Source: Podarcis pityusensis (Eukaryota). From it: 64,000 bases of DNA. Both the position numbers and the translations under genes were made by a program. The notes under the pieces are model-generated. The model had not been told where the DNA came from. It did no database searches and saw nothing but the letters and a program-made list of their open reading frames with translations. Below, piece by piece: positions 61,759 to 64,000 of this stretch. Each line of letters starts with the position of its first letter. The stretch's first letter is position 1. The DNA lies in the NCBI GenBank assembly GCA_964106645.2, contig OZ067038.1; one strand, 5' to 3'.

Positions 61759-62545
61759 CAGGCAATTAGTGACTGTGCCCATATGCCAGCCCCTCCACCT
61801 CCAACCGGGGGAATTTCAATTGCCCTTGGAGCCAGCCCTTGGGTCTGCAGTTGTTGTTCCTAAATGCCAGGTCTGTGCTGAGTAAGACCTCCCTCATCCA
61901 TGAAGTGATTCTGGTTTGTTTTGTTTTTGTTTCATTATATATTTTGTCTTCTCATTTTGTATTTTTATATTGTGAACCACCCTGTGGTCTTTGGTTGAAG
62001 GGCAGTATCCAAATTTAATAAACAAAAACAGTTTAATAACCAACAGTAACATTTTTTCTCAGCCATACATGGTTCAAACTGCAATTTAAACCAGCTGTCT
62101 TTCCCTCAACTATCTGCAAATGGAACTTCCCCGATATGTGATTAAAAAAAGCAACCCCAAAACTACTAGGTTTTCCCTACTCTTATATATATCTTGGGGG
62201 GAGGGGATTTCTTTCACAGCTTCAGTTCACTGTGGAATTAACTGATATTTCTACCCAGCGCTGTTAAATTCTGTAGATGTCCTAGTGGGAAATTAAGACC
62301 CGCTCTAGAGAACAGCTGAAGAAAAGAGGAAAGCCACACTGAAATTAAAAGTGCTTTTTTGTTGCAGCCTTTCTAATCTGGTTTTATAAAAACCCTTATG
62401 AAAAATTTACCAGTCCTAGTGAACTGGAAACCAATACAATCCCTGCAAGTTGGAAAGCAGTATATGCCAATAGAACCTGTAGGATGTGTTGAATTGCTGA
62501 AGTCTGGAAGGATTTCCATGCGTAAATTGGTCAAAATCCCTTCTT

Positions 62546-62776
62546 AGAATCATAGAGTTGGAAGGGACCCCAAGGGCCAGCCCCCTGCAATGCAGAAATC
62601 TCAACAAAAGCATCCATGACCGACGGCCATCCAACCGCTGCTTAAAAACCTCCAAGGAAGGAGAGTCCACCACCTTCCAAGGGAGTCCATTCCACTGTCA
62701 AACAGTGCTTAGAACAGCTCTTACTGTCAGAAAATTCTTCTTGATGTTAAGCTGAATCACCTTTCTTGTAACTTGA
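62546..62776 (-). mobile_element. CR1 LINE 3' end
   Basis: Reverse frame VDSPSLEVFKQRLDG (CR1 ORF2 C-terminus) and an attct-type terminal repeat. Confidence 0.88.
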
Positions 62777-63754
62777 TATAATGATATTTGTCCGTTTGTT
62801 TATTAAATTAATAATGCATTTGTTTAGAGGAACATCAAACGCTTTTTCTGGATAAGGTAATTTTGGGAGATGGAGTATACGCAACTAGATGAAATTTTGG
62901 GGAAACAGCAATTCCAAACTGTTGATGCAAGATTACTGCCACCCCCCACCCTTATCTGCTCCAAAGAAATAATTAAAAAGCATCTTCTCCATTCAACATT
63001 GCTCTCCCTGTAGAGAACACTCAACATTCCATCCTCCAAAGAAATGTGTATATTATATGTGTCCTTATAATACACTTAGCTTCTGTCTCCAGGATTCAGC
63101 AGCAATGCAAAACAAGGATTGTGAAGTGTTCCAGTGGGAAATGGGCTTTAATCTCCATTAGTACTTGTTCTAAGAACTTCTGATGTTTCTTCACATTGAT
63201 ATTTTTGGGGTGGGGATGGGGGAGTCAGTTTGCCCTTTCACAGAATTAATGAGTGAAGCCTCCAATGGGATTATCTTCTATAGATATATTACCCTTTCTT
63301 ATTGTACTTAATGCTAGTAGGCGCTACTTCTTTTTTTTAAAAAAAAGAATATTCCAAAATGAGTCTTATGTTAATGAATTCTTTGGCACTTAGTTGCTTT
63401 GAAGCTAAACCTTTAGGAAGAAGTAATTTTTAAAAAAGCAGCAGACGAGTTTCCGTTGCCTTGGCTGATTTGATGCTCATAATTACGTATGGGAAAAAGA
63501 CTTTACACATTGCCCATACACACCTAAAGCACATCAAGCCTTTTTGAAACTGTGGGAAATGATAGAGAAAATGAGTTTTCAATACGCATTTGTTGAAGTT
63601 GCCATATATTCAAATACTGGGCAAGCGGTTCTGCATAAATCACAGTGCAGGGGATTCTTACATTTCACTGAAATAATATAATACCCATAACACTTCCGTA
63701 GAATAACTTTACCTGCTTTCTCATGTTACAATCCTCGCAACAATCAATGCTGGC

Positions 63755-64000
63755 ATCAGTCTCGACAGACAATGGCGTGCTCCTCCAGGGGTGAAGCCAA
63801 ACCACTGGAGAATCACATCACCTGCTCTGCCTGCAGAAACCGGTCACTTGTAACTTTGAAGTGACCTGAGCAATATGTATAGAGGTCCTAGGCTGCCCAG
63901 ATGACAAGGCCTCCCTCTCAGCCTTGCGGATGTGGTCCAAAGGAAAGCAGAGCAAAGCATTTGGCACCAGCTTGGCTGCAGGAGTTGCCAGAAGGAGGTA
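63755..64000 (+). mobile_element. Probable RTE-clade 5' UTR-derived repeat, runs off window
   Basis: gatgtggtccaaaggaaagcagagcaa..tttggcaccagcttggctgcaggagttgcc, recalled from RTE 5' regions. Memory-based only. Confidence 0.4.

Larger units (their letters stand above)
31437..64000 (+). other. FOXN3: FOXN3 intron, continues beyond window
   Basis: Starts gtaggt. I did not find the downstream FOXN3 exons (recalled as DPDIDAASAMMLL.. and GFPPGVIQNG..) in the remainder by eye. Confidence 0.7.

Overview
Eukaryotic genomic DNA from a squamate reptile, most likely a lacertid lizard (inferred from Sauria SINE, Squam-type SINE and Bov-B content). The window lies within the + strand FOXN3 (CHES1) gene. 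Two coding exons are visible, 845-981 (137 nt) and 31372-31436 (65 nt). They splice in frame to give [67 protein letters not shown]. The rest is intron, rich in transposable elements: Sauria SINEs with TSDs, other tRNA- and 5S-derived SINEs, Bov-B, L2, CR1 and unclassified LINE 3' ends, TA-TSD pogo/Tigger/Tc2-type MITEs, 8-bp-TSD hAT MITEs and solo LTRs. Almost all ORFs in the supplied track are spurious or TE-derived. No prokaryote-type system (CRISPR, operon, defence island) is present. The most interesting non-TE signal is a regularly spaced cluster of RFX X-box motifs about 1.6 kb downstream of the first exon. Other leads are a candidate Fbw7 phosphodegron, a CpG-rich cargo-carrying hAT element and several TE-derived long hairpins. 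Gene and family names come from pattern recognition and memory, not from database searches.
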